A DNA stretch of 63,135 nucleotides, filler included, from Platydemus manokwari (Eukaryota): the NCBI GenBank assembly GCA_037951405.1. It is 6 parts of 6 records of this genome, joined end to end, with 100 filler letters (N's around TTAATTAATTAA, not from the genome) between each part and the next. Parts side by side here need not be neighbours in the genome. Positions count along the whole stretch, not along the records: positions 9,240 to 18,011 come from JBBMOY011352204.1; positions 18,112 to 27,184 come from JBBMOY011303762.1; positions 27,285 to 41,881 come from JBBMOY011434756.1; 3 more parts are not named here. One strand, written 5' to 3'. The position numbers and the translations under genes are program-made. Of the stretch, positions 14,556 to 29,000 are shown in pieces. Within the stretch, counting starts at the first letter, position 1. The number at the start of each line of letters is the position of its first letter. The notes beneath the pieces were generated by a model. The model ran no database searches and was not told where the DNA came from. It worked only from the letters and a program-made list of their open reading frames with translations.

Positions 14556-17500
14556 CAAATATTATGATGTCTGTCAGTATTATCTTAGAATCTATAATTA
14601 ACAAGTTATCTGTATAAAGCTCCATCACTTTTTAAATAATTTTGTCAGAATATTTTGCTCATTGTAAATTCATTTCCACAGAACTTAATAATTATTATAT
14701 TATATTGCATTATATTATATTATTATTAATATTATTGTTAGCATCATAAAAAGCAAATAAACTGTATATCGAGGATATTACGGAATTTAGCATAAATAAA
14801 GATAATTTCAGAAGGTTATTAGGATCATCTATAATGTCTGAATAGCAGGCTTCGGGTCAGTTGTACAAATTGAGTGCATTGAGAGCCCAATTTTGCTGAA
14901 GGACTTCTTGGTATTTCTTTGAAGCTTCGCTGAAAGTGGTTTGTAATTGTCGTTGAAGTCATCAAGTATGTACTAATGGTCAAGATTCGTTGTTCTCGCA
15001 ATATTAGGAAACAACAAAATAAGAATTATTCATATAATAACTATTAATATTATAATGATATTGGTATTATGAATACTTTATTGAATGTTAAAAAATATCA
15101 ACTTGGCAGCTTAAAATATTGATTTTCACAATTTACACAAACTCATGTCTACGCATTTATACTGGTTTTGTTCACTGACTAATCAAAATTATGACAGAAA
15201 GTTTCATCCGGACCAAATCCACAAATTCTTAAAGATTTTGAATCTCAATAAAATTTGAGAAATATATATACATAGGGAGAGTTCAATACAAATAGCACAC
15301 ACAGACTCAAGTTTTGGTTTGTATAATTTAATTATGAAACAATTAGTTATGGGCACATAGCCTTATTGATATTTTTTTCGGTTTAGAGTAGTAATTATTC
15401 GATTTTTTAAAATTCAGATCTGCTTTTCAACAATATTATCGTTATTAAATTTAATAATACTGTTAATTATAGTTTAATACTTATATTAAATGATTCATCA
15501 AACGATTTTGTCGTTGAAGTTTTGATTTGAATTTTAAAATCGAAATTTCAATCTCAATCTTAAGAGAAAATCCAAATAAATTTCAAACGTTAATAAGGAA
15601 GACAAATTAAATCACGAAAAAATCCATCTGAAATCGATTTCTTCACGATTGAATTCAACTTCGACGTTTCACACTTGCCAGGGGACTGGAACAAATTTGC
15701 AAAGTATTTTTCGTTTTTTTTGTTGTCTATTTTTTAGAATCATTTAGAGACTTAAATTTATAGAATGAATTCTGAGAGGAAAACAAAGAACAACAGTCGT
15801 ATTGAATTGGTAAAGCGAGAACTCATTTTTATGATGTTATAAATTTTAAATGATACCATTTGTATTGTGTGTTTTACAATGAAAATTTTTATAATAGAAT
15901 TTTTACTAACATAAATACTTTACTTGCATACAAATGCTTGATTAGAATTAGAATGATAGTCGTAAATGCGTTTTATTTATAAAACTCCATATCATATCAA
16001 GAAATCAGCACTTGTTGAACTAGCAGTTAATAAAAGTACTAATTTTAGTTTATCATAATGACTACATCATGTAAAATAATCAAGCTTAGATCGTGCCAAT
16101 GAAATTTGTTAGTATTTTACACAATAGATAGCTGGTTGTTGTTAAACCCTTCGTTTAATGTTCACATTTAAACAATCATGGCTTTTATAAATCAAAAATA
16201 TTAAATTTTTAAAAGATTAATTTCATAATATTCAATGGCTTAAAAATAAAATCTGGCATTTTTTATTATCAAGGTTAGGATAAATCATTTTCAACACTGA
16301 CTAATTTGTAATCGTATAGGTTCACAAGTTTTACGGGAAAAATTTCCTTTCTATCAATTTATTTGGTGAATATTAGCATATATCAGTTTTAATGTTGTTC
16401 AATGAGCTATCTAAACCGATATATTTGTATCGATTTATTTTCATGATAGTTCTGCTCACATTTACCGAACTCTGAATTGGTTGAATCAAATGAAGTTATC
16501 AACGCAGAAAACAAGTACAATTTACGATTAGCTGTAAAGAAATAAATAGCTATATAAATAAAATAATAAAATAAAATAAGAACATTTTCATTTTTAACTA
16601 TTATTTTAGTTATTTAAACTTTAAATAATATTAATATAGGTAATTTGTAGTTGTGAAACAAATTCTGAAAAAGTAATTTATATATAATTAAGTATAAGTC
16701 GATATCTAATTAACTTTTGTGAAAAATAACGGTAAAGCATTCCTAGTAGTTGTGATTGGATTACTTGAAAATGGATGTGTAGTAAAACTCTGTAATGAAT
16801 TTTTGTTTTCATGGCAGAGTAATTTTCAGGTATTAGCCGATCTCACCTGTTGTGCAAATACCAGAAATTGAGTCATTTGATAACATAACCAAATTGAAAG
16901 CAAACATTTAGTGATTATCTGTGATATAGCAATGGAAATGCTTTGTGACTTCAGGTAAAATTCGGATAAAATAATTCAAATCATTTAAGCTAAGGAACCA
17001 GAATTCAGAACGAAATTGAAGCCGCTTATGGACTCACAAATCTCTATTGAAAATTTATCAAAATCATATCTGAAATAGACGAATATTTATATTCAACAAC
17101 TTCATCAGGTAACACGCTCTGAAAATGGGCTATATGATGCAAGAAGGATGAAGAGAAAAAATAACTACCAACTATGGATTATCCTCACGAAAACCTGATA
17201 TTTGTCATTACTTAAGGTGGTAATTAAGTTATTATAAAGTAATATTATTACATAGATCACACTTTCTGAGAAAGGTTATTGTGTATTAAGAAAGAATCTT
17301 CTGAAAGGATCCATATAAAATATTGAAGAATGATTTTCAATATGAAAGACTACTTGTAATTCAAAGATTCGAACTGGCACATCAATCATTGGAAACCTGG
17401 GACGACTTATGCAATAAAAACGCTACAAATACCATGGTTTTCTAAACTATTACTAAAAATATCATTGTAATATAGTAAATAGACTATCAAATTAATGGTA

Positions 17501-17676
17501 TTATATACAAAATCTTCTGAAAATGCTATTGTCAACAATTTTCATCAAGATATAAAACTAAGGTTACCACGCATTGATAGCTAAAATATCATATTATCAG
17601 AACAAAAGTCAACTTATTTTAGCCGTTTTCATAAATCACATCTGCATTTGTAATATATTGAATTACATTTCCAGGC

Positions 17677-18011
17677 ATGCAGTTTTCATCTATTGAACCA
17701 ACTGATCCTCATCGATCAGCTAATCACAATCGAAATCAACATCATGATAATTTTAAAGAAAACTACAAAAATAGGTATGATAATTGTAAGAGATTTATTT
17801 CTGAAAACATGGAATAATTTAGTTCTCATCTGACAGATCAAATCTGTAACCATGAATGTCACAATAAAGTGACAGAAGATTATTTTCTCGAAAATGATGA
17901 AAGAATTGTTATCAATGTCAGTGGTCTTCTGTTCGAAACTCGATTATCAACTGTCAATAAATTTCCAGAAACTCTTTTGGGAAATCCTCTTAAAAGAAAA
18001 CTATATTTCGA
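17677..18011 (+). CDS. Shaker/Kv1-type voltage-gated potassium channel N-terminus (T1 domain), truncated by assembly gap; exons about 17677-17774 and 17823-18011
   Basis: '[37 protein letters not shown]' matches the start of the Kv1 T1 tetramerisation domain. A 48-nt GT..AG intron (17775-17822) removes an in-frame TAA and joins the upstream ATG at 17677. Confidence 0.85.
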
Positions 18012-19987
18012 NNNNNNNNNNNNNNNNNNNNNNNNNNNNNNNNNNNNNNNNNNNNTTAATTAATTAANNNNNNNNNNNNNNNNNNNNNNNNNNNNNNNNN
18101 NNNNNNNNNNNCATGTAACAAAATAAACATTTGATAATGGTATTTTTAATAATCCACAATTGAAATAGCTATTTAGTTTCTTAACTTGTTAAAATATTGA
18201 GATTATATTTCCAAAAAAACTCAGAATTATAATACATTGTTCGGATTAATAATATTCCAAATTGATCTATATTATTAATCTTTAATTTTTAAAGTTTATT
18301 ACAATGAGTCGTTTTATTATATTGACAATGATAAACTCGTTTTTGACTAAGAAAATAAAAATTGTGATTAATTATTTAATTTAACGATTAATATAAAATT
18401 TTGAAGCTATTTATGAAATATAAAACGCGCAAATAATTTTCTAATTTCCCAGGTTATTAAATCTGAATAATTGACGGATTCAGATTCACCTTGGAAGTCA
18501 ATAAAATTATATTCAATTAGGAAATGACTTTTCGTCTTTAAAAACAATTGAAATTTTTGCTTCGTGAATCCAATTAGAACCTATTTCACGTTTAAGAATT
18601 TTTATTCCGTAATCCAAAGGATTCATATGCTATTTTAGCTTTGATAAATACATACACACATAGGTATATAACTTGAAAATGTATTCATTTTCGATCACAT
18701 GCACACACAACACAGACACATACATTCATATATATATATAGATGTGTATGTGTATAATTATATATATGTATAATTTTATTGCCTACCGTATAAATTTGGG
18801 AGAAGGTTATGTGTAAATTGTTAGATAACGTATAATATTAAAGGATTTTTTTCTTTAACAAAAAAACATTTTATTTAATCACATTCGGTCTGGTCAAATT
18901 TTTGAAAAGATATCATGCAGCCCATGATTGTCACTGCAAGCATATAACAAAACAATGTGGCCGATTAATAACAATTATTTATTTAAATCGATTGACTAAA
19001 TCAATTAATTGGATTACAAATAAACTACAAATTCCACTTATAAAACAAATCTCATCAGTAAATCGAATGGAAAATATCTTCATTCAGCTTGATTTCATTA
19101 TCACTGATGGGGTAAAATATGAAATATCCGATCCAATAGATGTCAAATAATTCCCGAAATTATTATCATTCAAATCTCATTAAAACCAGTAATTAAAAAT
19201 ACGATGAAGTTGCCATATTAAAATTTGATTTGCTGACTTTAAAAAACCCGTTGTCATATTGTGTGAATTTAGATCTCATCGAATCTCATAATCCCAACAA
19301 CTGAAATGGATTTTCAAATAATCGAAACAAATTATTGGGAATTATTTTATGATCAACTGGATATGTTAAATTTTTTTTTATTCATAATTATTCATTTCCG
19401 TGTTGTTTTAGACGTAAAAGAAATATAATAATATTTGTGGCGGTTATGAATAATTGAACAATATTTCAGACGAATTATTGGGAAGCTGATAAATCAGTAG
19501 TGAAATGACAATAATCTAATTATGTCCAATTCGAATCGACTTCATATTCATGAAAACATAAAGCATTCGTTGATGAATACTTTTATCAAACAGTAATGCT
19601 TGAAAGTTATTTAGTATTTTCTTCCCATATTATTTCAAACTTTGATTTCATAAAAATTACCAAAAATACACACGGTTTTTTTATAATCGATAAATTTAAA
19701 AATAATTTTATTAACATATTTGATAATAATATTTATTGTCAAATAAAATTTCAAAAGATGCGGCTATCAAAAGCGTCGGTTTTTAAATCGGTTCTTTGAT
19801 TATTTTGCTACAGTAGTTCATTCATCCATTCATCACGTCGTTCCTATGATAATTAAATACTTATTATCATTTAAATAAAGATGATATCATATTATAGTTA
19901 TTCTTAATTCTTAAAAAACAAAAATCAACTATTAATGATCAATATCGATTAACAGCTATATCGATATTAATTTTCGGTTGTTTGGAT

Positions 19988-20515
19988 TGTTACGATATTT
20001 ACTAGTGTTAAATACCAAAATTATAATCTAGGATCACAATAATTTACAAAACCAAATCATCAGATAATAACACTCTCAATAGTCAAATCAATAAACAACC
20101 CAAGCGGGATCAGCATCGGGAAGATAAATAGTGACAGATAAAGGCTGGTTGCTGGAAAATCACATAAACGTCATACAAATCATGGTTACCGATTAAAAGA
20201 GCATAGTAGATGCTCTTGATATTCAACTTCTTTTATAGGCTCATCTTGTGTATTCACTCGATGTCTCATGGCTTTATTTGTCGTTTCGATGGTTTATAGG
20301 CAAATTGTCTTTCATTTCTCTGGTCATTGGAGTTTCTCAATGTTTATTGTTTGTTACTGCTGTGTGCCAGTTAATTATCGAGTTCTATACATGGATTGAT
20401 ATATAGGGTGAATCTGGTTAGTAATTGGCACGTTTGATTATCAAATCTCTATGTATTGACTATCTGTGAGTTATATTTATGGTTTCTGTAGATATTTTTG
20501 CTTGTTTTTAGGACA
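19988..20515 (-). mobile_element. Solo-LTR-like repeat
   Basis: Starts TGTTACG and ends GGACA. Core TCAACTTCTTTTATAGG and GTGCCAGTT are shared with the family. A-rich left half and T-rich right half. No clear target site duplication. Confidence 0.45.
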
Positions 20516-23500
20516 CACCAACAGAATAAATTATTATTTGAAAGTTAATACGTACATTGTATGACAGTTAATGTACTTCAGTCAACGAAAACTTAAAGAA
20601 AATTGTTAAAACATGTACTTCCTCCAAAATACAATTACAATATTAATCGAAGTTGAACCAATTTCGTTGAAAATGATTCCACAGTCTGAGGTTCTTGATA
20701 AGTGATTTGAAATACCAAGTTAAAAGTGGATTAACTCTAGTAGACAATAAAAGTTGGGACCGTTTCAGTTTGAAGCAACTGATGGCTGTTGATCTTAATT
20801 TCTGAAATATTAAAAATGTATGAACCTAAAGATACGATGTAGAGTTTGTTATTTCACTACTCATAATAACCTATGGCGTTAAGTATAGGTATATGCAACG
20901 TTAGGTGTACTATTCTGCCCTCCTAAACAATTAACTAAGCTCTGACTCCAAAAATAGAAGGCAAAAACTATATGTCAATTGAGTACTGCTCACTACGATT
21001 TACAAAACAATTATACCTGACATACTCTTCCACAAATAAATACAATTTGGCTTCCAATTAGCAGTTCGTCACCTTTACATCGGTATTTATATTCGAGATT
21101 TGTGTGTAATTTTTGTGTCATGTTGTATCACATTTTGATTTGATCTTTGCTTTTTCATGTTTCTTTTTGGGCTTTTATGGTTTTTGTGTGAGTGGGATTA
21201 GTCAATCTCTATGTGTGTGTTACTGTGTCCCATTTTCCAATTGTCGTTTACCATCTAAGTCCACTGTGATTGGCTGATTGCTATACCTGTATAGTTGTGT
21301 AGGCATGCAAATATTTAAACTGCGTTAAAAACGTTCAAAGGTGCAAATCCATTTTTCTTTTTGCAGAATTTCATTTTACTCAACAGTACAATTAAATATA
21401 TGCATTTCAAAATACTCGCGATTGTATCATTGTGTCAGTATCCTATTTCAATTATTTAACTGATTCTGATCAAAAAACGTTTTCAATTATTAAAAAATGG
21501 CTGCTTTGATAGACTGGAAATAAAACTTTACTAGAGGAATACCTTGGAAAAAGAAATACGTTGACGACTTTCGCAATTTCTCGTAATTGGATTAAATGGT
21601 GGAATGCCGAATTACAAACTGTTAATCAATACCTCACCCGAATATTGAAACAACTTAAGAAGCATTGAATTAAAATTTCTACTTCACAACATATCGTCAG
21701 TTCAAACAAATTACCATATTCAATAATAACAAACGTAATCTGTTATGAATTAGTTTAATATATTCAGTAGAATCCATAGAAAATAATTTATTGACTGACA
21801 TTTTATCTGACAAAAGAAATTAGTCAAACAATATCACTTGACAAAGCAATTCAATTTGCAATTAAAGGCTGAGAATTTCATAATATTAGCTCTTAATAAT
21901 AAAGTGCTTTGTTATTTCAGGCTTTTGCAGTTTAAGTATTTTTGAGCTTTTAAACATGACTAAGAATAAAAGCTGATCTGAATCTTCTGATTAAATCCAC
22001 TATGGATTTTTTTCAAATGACAAATTGAAATATAAATATGGATGAGATTGTTGGTGCAAATGTTGATGAAATGATATTTTAAACTTCTTAAACAAAATAA
22101 TTCAGATAAACACGACAATATAAGTAATTTGTGAGAAAATATATAAATATATAAAAATTATTTGAAATGATATATTTTATAGCAAAAGGAAATGAAAGAA
22201 CTCTTATGAAAACATTAAATTAAGGTGCCTTATTAGAAAAATAACAAATTATCATCGATGGATTTTAACAAGCATAAATAATTACATGATCTTTTTCCAA
22301 TTTATTTCTTTTGTCGATATTTTTTTTAATATCTGTTTTCATTAACAAAATTCTTTGTTTAATATATCTGATTTGATTTGGAATATAAAGTTTAAATAAT
22401 AAAAATAATATTAATGAGTTTAATGGAATATTTATATTGTTGAGAAATAATTCTACCTAAATTCGTGTATAAAATATTAACTTAATTGAGATAACAGGTT
22501 AATATGTCCCAAAATTTACTATCCCGATAGGGTCCAGATAAAAGCAGAATCTACAATAGAAATATACACATCGCCTGAGTATAAATAATGAAGCAATCAT
22601 CCGTGATAGATTTTAGATGTACCAATGCAAAGTGGTTATCGATAAGAATTCACATATCTGAGTTCTTCATCAAAACCATTTTATTTGAGAAATGAAACTC
22701 AAGTTACCAACAAGACAACAATAAAACGATTTTATCAAACAGATATTAATTAAATGACCTGGAATTTCTAGGTCGAGATTTTTTTTATTGAACTCATCAC
22801 ATGCCTTTCACAATCAAAGCTAAACGGCCAATATGATGAACATATGATAAAATCGCATATAATGCTTGTGATATTAGTTTATAATTATAATATATTGTTT
22901 TTATTGTAGTTAGAATCATAGCTGCGGAGAGCGCCATCAACATAGTCGATTCCATCTTGAACTCTTACCTGAACTCTTAAAATTTTTTATTATTTTATTT
23001 AATTAACTGGCATAACTTAATCTATGACAGTGAGTCGAATGACTTGATTTTTAAGCATCTTCACGAAAAAAATAAAGATGATTATGAAGTATTCTGTATA
23101 TTCATCTAGTCATAAATAAGTATCCAATAAATTGAAGTTTCTCAAATCCATTGCCGGTTCGATTAAATTATTCCTCTCCTTGGCGATTTGTTCTCTATTC
23201 AATAAAACACAACTCAACATACATCCGATATCGGGATTTAATTCTCACCTCTGTTTAAAATTTACTTCGAAAATCATAATATTATAAAGATTCGAGGGAG
23301 CAAGTACTGAACTCACATCGTGAATTTATCAAAGATATAACACGAGATTTTCTCATTTTGCTACTTTTCGCTAATTTTTAAATGCTCTGGCTACTATGGC
23401 AACCCATATCGATTTACGAATGAGTCTTAACACATATTATATCATTATATATTTATTCACTTCTTCTCGGTACCAGCTTGCATTCATCTCATTTTAACTT

Positions 23501-23851
23501 GGGATCTGAAAAGGTATTTGAATCATATTTCACCTTGGTCATGTTCGTAAAGATTTGTGAGTCATAGAAGACTTAGTTTACACTGTTTTTGATATATATG
23601 TGATATTTGCAATTAATATTTTCAAATAAATCGGGCCTAGATATCAGTGCAGTCATCCGTTACGATATGATGATCATTGAAAAATATATTTTAATTTTTA
23701 AATCCATAATCTTTCAAGCATAAATCATTTGTTTTCAATCATCGCACTGATCCGATCTAATATTAATCAATCATGGCTCAGAATCTCACACAAAATCAAC
23801 TGCAGTCACAAAATACGATTCAGAAACAAATAAAAAATTTCGTTCTATCAT

Positions 23852-23852
<1 letters not shown>

Positions 23853-23894
<42 letters not shown>
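23853..23894. repeat. (AAT)n microsatellite
   Basis: Perfect AAT run seen directly. Confidence 0.95.
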
Positions 23895-23896
<2 letters not shown>

Positions 23897-24219
23897 TCTA
23901 ATTAGATTTTTAATAAAAAATCGTCCAGGTAAAACCAAATGGATTGTTATTTCTCGTTCACATTTATCGGTGATTATACAACCGTATTATGCAATATCAA
24001 TTATCGTGCTGGAAAATAGATTTATTTCGATTTGAATAGATTTAATTTTACTCGACCTTTGACACAAAAATTTTTATTCGCCTCAGTCACTTTTAATCAA
24101 CCCCAACAAATTAATTGAAATCAATCTGCTAAGCTTAATAAATACCGTTTCATTGAATTTGAACACACAATCACCAGACACGCATACCCGTGCGCACACA
24201 TATTATTTCGTTAAGTTAA

Positions 24220-26094
24220 ATGGGTGTATGCTTCTCTATTAAACCTATATTTATGATAAAGCTAATCGATAACAAACATAAATCATTAAATTGTTATTTT
24301 TTTTATTTTGAAATGAAATATCCAATCAAATCGAAAGAAGGTTTTCCAATTTTGACAACAGACAATGCCGCTATCCCTCTCCATGGAATAAAGGATATTT
24401 TTGCAATAGCTTCTAAAGAAGAACATATCGGTCTTTGTAATAAACTCGGTATTGATTTTTCTGACGATTGTTTAACATTGACATTTAAAGAACGTGGTAA
24501 TGCTTATAAACTACCCGATGAAGATCGAAATATAATCGATGAAAATGAAAGTGAACATGCATTCACTTTGATATTTCGACCAGTCATAATTGATGGCAAA
24601 TTGCCTTTGAAGATTTCTTTAAATCTTGATGAATGCACCGGACAACCGTTGGTGAATTTCCTTGGTGAAATTCGATTTCAAAACAGCAAAAATCTCGAAG
24701 TCATAATTCCGCTGACAGGACGTGGAACTGCAGCATTGGAAGGTAAAGTTAATGATGCTCATTCAGGACTTTGTACTAGTGGTAGTTGTGCCAGTTTTCA
24801 AGAACGTGTTGCCATACTCTCAGCTGTTTTGGCATGCTTTGATATATCGAGAGATGAGATTGAAATATTCAGAAATCACATTTTGAAAGCGTGTAATTTA
24901 TTTTACGGTACGGAAGAAATATTAAGTTACACAATCGATAAAGCTTTCAGCCTGACCAATGAAACATATTTCGATTTCATGAAACGTGTTTATGCCGACA
25001 TTGACGAAGATAAGGCACCAATAATGTTGAACCATTTCATCGATTTTGGCGAACCTCATCCATTATATTTCTATGAATTGACAGTGCATATGACATCAGA
25101 AGAAATCGATAGCGAACTGAAAGAAATATCATCCGCTTCTCGCGGACCGGATCATAGACCGATTTCTCCCAAAGTTCGAGATATTATCAACAAATTCATC
25201 TTATCGGATGAAATTTATTTGGTTAAGCCTTATCCGGGAAATTTCACCATTAATTTTGGTAATGAGATTTTTAATATTTATGATGTCGCTAATGAATTTA
25301 ATTCAAATTCTCTGGAAAGAGTGTTCGCAATTTTAGAGAAAATGGGAGTGATTATCAATAACGATTCAGTCATCGTATCATTTGTTGAAAGCGGTAAAAA
25401 ATATGCGGCAAACAAAAATAAAATGGAGATCAGTGATCACATTTCTGATGAGATTTTTCAATTGACACTCAAGAGAAAATCTCATTCAACGGAGTCTTTG
25501 ATGAAATTAAAAATATTTCTTGATATCAAACCAATTGATAACGTTAATTTCTTTGGGAAAATTGAGATTAAAAATTCATTTCTCAACAAACTGGCAATTC
25601 CATTGGTGGGACGAGGTACAGTTGCATTAGATGGATCATTGCAAGACAAACACAAAGGTTTCTGCACATCAGGACATTGTGCATCGTTTTTGCAGAGAGT
25701 AGCAATTATATATTGTTCATTGGTTCTTTTAGATGTCGATTCGAATGATTTGAACATTTTTGAAACCAATATTAGATCGATAAATAATCGATTTCACGGT
25801 CGACATCACATTGTTGATTATATCATTAAAGCTATGAAAGCCGAAGAATCGGAAACATATTTCGAGTACATGAAAAAGACTAATATGGATTATTCTGCAA
25901 TGCCTATCGTACTGAAAACGATAATCACTTATAATCGACTGCCTTCGCGATATTATGAGGATTTAATTGCTAATTATACCGAAGAAGAATTATTAAAAGA
26001 AGAACAGTTGTTTGATAAATCAAGGTCATTAAATTTCTTTTTTGCAGCAATTCGCCAAGCTCGTTTATTCATCAAAAATATCGACATATTTTGA
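24220..26094 (+). CDS. Intronless hypothetical protein with two tandem copies of an unrecognised ~297-aa domain; more likely start is ATG 24313 (593 aa)
   Basis: A 1875-nt open frame in very AT-rich DNA. Internal repeat with a constant 891-nt offset (VNFLG at 24652 vs VNFFG at 25543; CTSGSC at 24772 vs CTSGHC at 25663). Confidence 0.9.
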   Translation: MGVCFSIKPIFMIKLIDNKHKSLNCYFFYFEMKYPIKSKEGFPILTTDNAAIPLHGIKDIFAIASKEEHIGLCNKLGIDFSDDCLTLTFKERGNAYKLPDEDRNIIDENESEHAFTLIFRPVIIDGKLPLKISLNLDECTGQPLVNFLGEIRFQNSKNLEVIIPLTGRGTAALEGKVNDAHSGLCTSGSCASFQERVAILSAVLACFDISRDEIEIFRNHILKACNLFYGTEEILSYTIDKAFSLTNETYFDFMKRVYADIDEDKAPIMLNHFIDFGEPHPLYFYELTVHMTSEEIDSELKEISSASRGPDHRPISPKVRDIINKFILSDEIYLVKPYPGNFTINFGNEIFNIYDVANEFNSNSLERVFAILEKMGVIINNDSVIVSFVESGKKYAANKNKMEISDHISDEIFQLTLKRKSHSTESLMKLKIFLDIKPIDNVNFFGKIEIKNSFLNKLAIPLVGRGTVALDGSLQDKHKGFCTSGHCASFLQRVAIIYCSLVLLDVDSNDLNIFETNIRSINNRFHGRHHIVDYIIKAMKAEESETYFEYMKKTNMDYSAMPIVLKTIITYNRLPSRYYEDLIANYTEEELLKEEQLFDKSRSLNFFFAAIRQARLFIKNIDIF

Positions 26095-29000
26095 ATGATA
26101 GATTCGTTTTCTAGCCCACAATATAAAATGCAGAGATTACAGTACTTGGTATTAGTAACGTGGTCATAGATTTACAATTTGCTTTCAGCGTGCTTGATAA
26201 ATATTATCAATATTTCTTGATATTTTATTTTTATTGTTAAAATTATAATATTATGAGAAAAAAAATGACATGGACTGTGTGATCTTAAAGGCAAATCAAA
26301 CAATAATTTTATTCATATCAGCTTTGTAAATCACGCTTGACTGCGTGTTGTATGAATGAAAAAATTATTTATTCTTGATAAAATTCTTAGACAGATATTG
26401 AGCCTTATATTTAATATCGTTGATATAAAGATAAAAATACAGCACTGAAAATATTGCGATAAGTTTTAGAGAATTCAATTGATTTTACAGCATTTTTTGT
26501 CCACGAGAATTTTGATGCATAACTTTGTCTGGTCCAGATAAAAAAAATCCTGGCATTTACAAACATATTTTTGGGAAATAGTTTCGACATCATCGTGTTA
26601 ATTGGAGTTGACATTTGACCAGTGGTTAATAGATAAAAACATTGTAGAGAATGATTGCACCGGACGACAAATTTTTCTTTATCAAGAAATTTGATTGTTT
26701 CGAATAAATATTTATTTGATAAAACAATATATTTTCTAATACGTCATGCTAGATTGATATGTATGTGTGTGTTGATATTTTTTCTGGTACACAATCAATA
26801 TCGTTATCAGACTATTTCGATTGTTTTCATAAATAATAATCGAAAAAAATGATTTATCAATGGTATTGTCATGAATTATTCGTCAAAATACAAAACACTT
26901 AAACAATTATCTGTGTGAGATATTTTATTAAAATTTAATTCAGAATTAATTTTAATTTTATAAAAAGTTAAATAAATGTAAAATTGGAAATATTTGTTTA
27001 AATATTTGGATTTAAAATAGATTGATTGTGCCTTGACTTTTTTTGGTTTGATTTTAATGTGTGGTTTTTAAAATAGTAGCGGCTAACATGGCGACCAAGC
27101 ATCTGGAATCGAGCTTGCAAAGATCAACGAATGCAAATTATAAAAGAAGATTTTAGAGAAGATATAAAATGAGATATAAAACAANNNNNNNNNNNNNNNN
27201 NNNNNNNNNNNNNNNNNNNNNNNNNNNNTTAATTAATTAANNNNNNNNNNNNNNNNNNNNNNNNNNNNNNNNNNNNNNNNNNNNTTAATATTGATATTAT
27301 AATTACACTTCATATTATTATCATAATAATTATTATTAATAATGATCAAANNNNNNNNNNNNNNNNNNNNNNNNNNNNNNNNNNNNNNNNNNNNNNNNNN
27401 NNNNNNNNNNNNNNNNNNNNNNNNNNNNNNNNNNNNNNNNNNNNNNNNNNNNNNNNNNNNNNNNNNNNNNNNNNNNNNNNNNNNNNNNNNNNNNNNNNNN
27501 TATTTCTAGGATAAAATATTTGGCCAGGAATATAAATTGTTTTGTCGATACATTGACATCTATATGACCCTTTTAAAGATGTTTTCTTCATTATTTTCAT
27601 CATACAATTATTCAGTTCTTGTTGTACTTTATCATTATCGAAAACCCGTAGTTAAAACCGATATATTATGTTTTATTCAATGTTGATATGTAGAACAAAA
27701 TTACCACCTCAACCGATTTATGGTTGACGAGATTCGTTGTAATGATGCCATCATCAAATCAATGGACCGGTAATTGTAAGCGGTTTATTTATGACCATCA
27801 TTAATTCGAAATGAAATGTAAGAGTCTGTGTTCAATAAATTGAGACGTAATTCAATATGCGATATGAAATAAGAACATTTTAACGTTTTAGCTTGTCAGA
27901 GTTTTATTACGATTTTGAAATTGACGATGTCAATATCAATAATAATTAATCGGCCATTCCTGCCCATTTAATTTACTTTATTTTAATTATTATAATTGTC
28001 ATAATTATTATCATTATCAATAATATTATTAATATTATTATTATTGATTTTATTATTATGTCATTATTATTATTATTAACTCGAATATTATTAATGCTAT
28101 TCATAACACACATAATTCATTATTATATTTAAAAAGTGGAGGACAATAATTACCTTTATATTTTCAACGAATGACAACTTGGAACAATGTTTCGATTTCC
28201 TTTTTGTTCTTGGAACTCTGTTTGTACCATTTAGTCTTTTCTTATTTTCTGTTTTGACTTCATTTTCATTAGTTTTACTGGTCGACTATTTGACAATTTT
28301 ACCGAATTGAATTTTTCTTTAAGAGATAAACATTTCCTCTTCTGATATCTTATATTATAGTGCTATGCCTTCGAGTATATTGATTAATTTTTGTTGGAAT
28401 TCGCACTACTTCATTTTAATATTCGATTAACATTACATTGATAAAGGCCTTTAAAAAATATTGATTCATTGAAAACAAAGATTTGGTCTTTTAATCAATA
28501 ATTTTTAATTTAATATATAAACGAAACCATAGCAACATCTAAGATTTATCGTTAACTTTACGATAATTATAAGAATATTTTTATCATTATTACTATTATT
28601 ACAAAATAAGTTTTGATTCGTATTTATATAATTATTTCTATAAACTTAAATTACTTATACTTCCATGATATTAAATGCTGCAATAAATTAATAAACATAG
28701 TGAATCTAAATTTAATTATAACTGACGTTTGTGTTTCAATGACGAATTATAGATTTTTACTTTATCATTTTATTTGTAGTTTAATCCATGGTTTTCAGAC
28801 ATGCAGATACCATTGTACATTCGCCTTATTTGGCAGGAATAACAAATGAGTTCTATTAATGATGTACCAATTAAGTGATGGTACAGAAGTATTTTACTAG
28901 AGTGCTCATAACTATGTATTAAAGTCTGTTTCCGAAATACTGTAATACATGTGATCACAAGAATTGACAGACAGGTATGTGTGTATGGATACTAATGAAT

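Noticed and set aside
21497-21870. Possible decayed gag fragment ('SLDKAIQ') after an LTR-like segment
   Set aside because: Only a few residues of similarity and many stops.
25482-25769. 95-aa minus-strand ORF with CxxC-like residues
   Set aside because: Antisense shadow of the conserved core of the 624-aa ORF.
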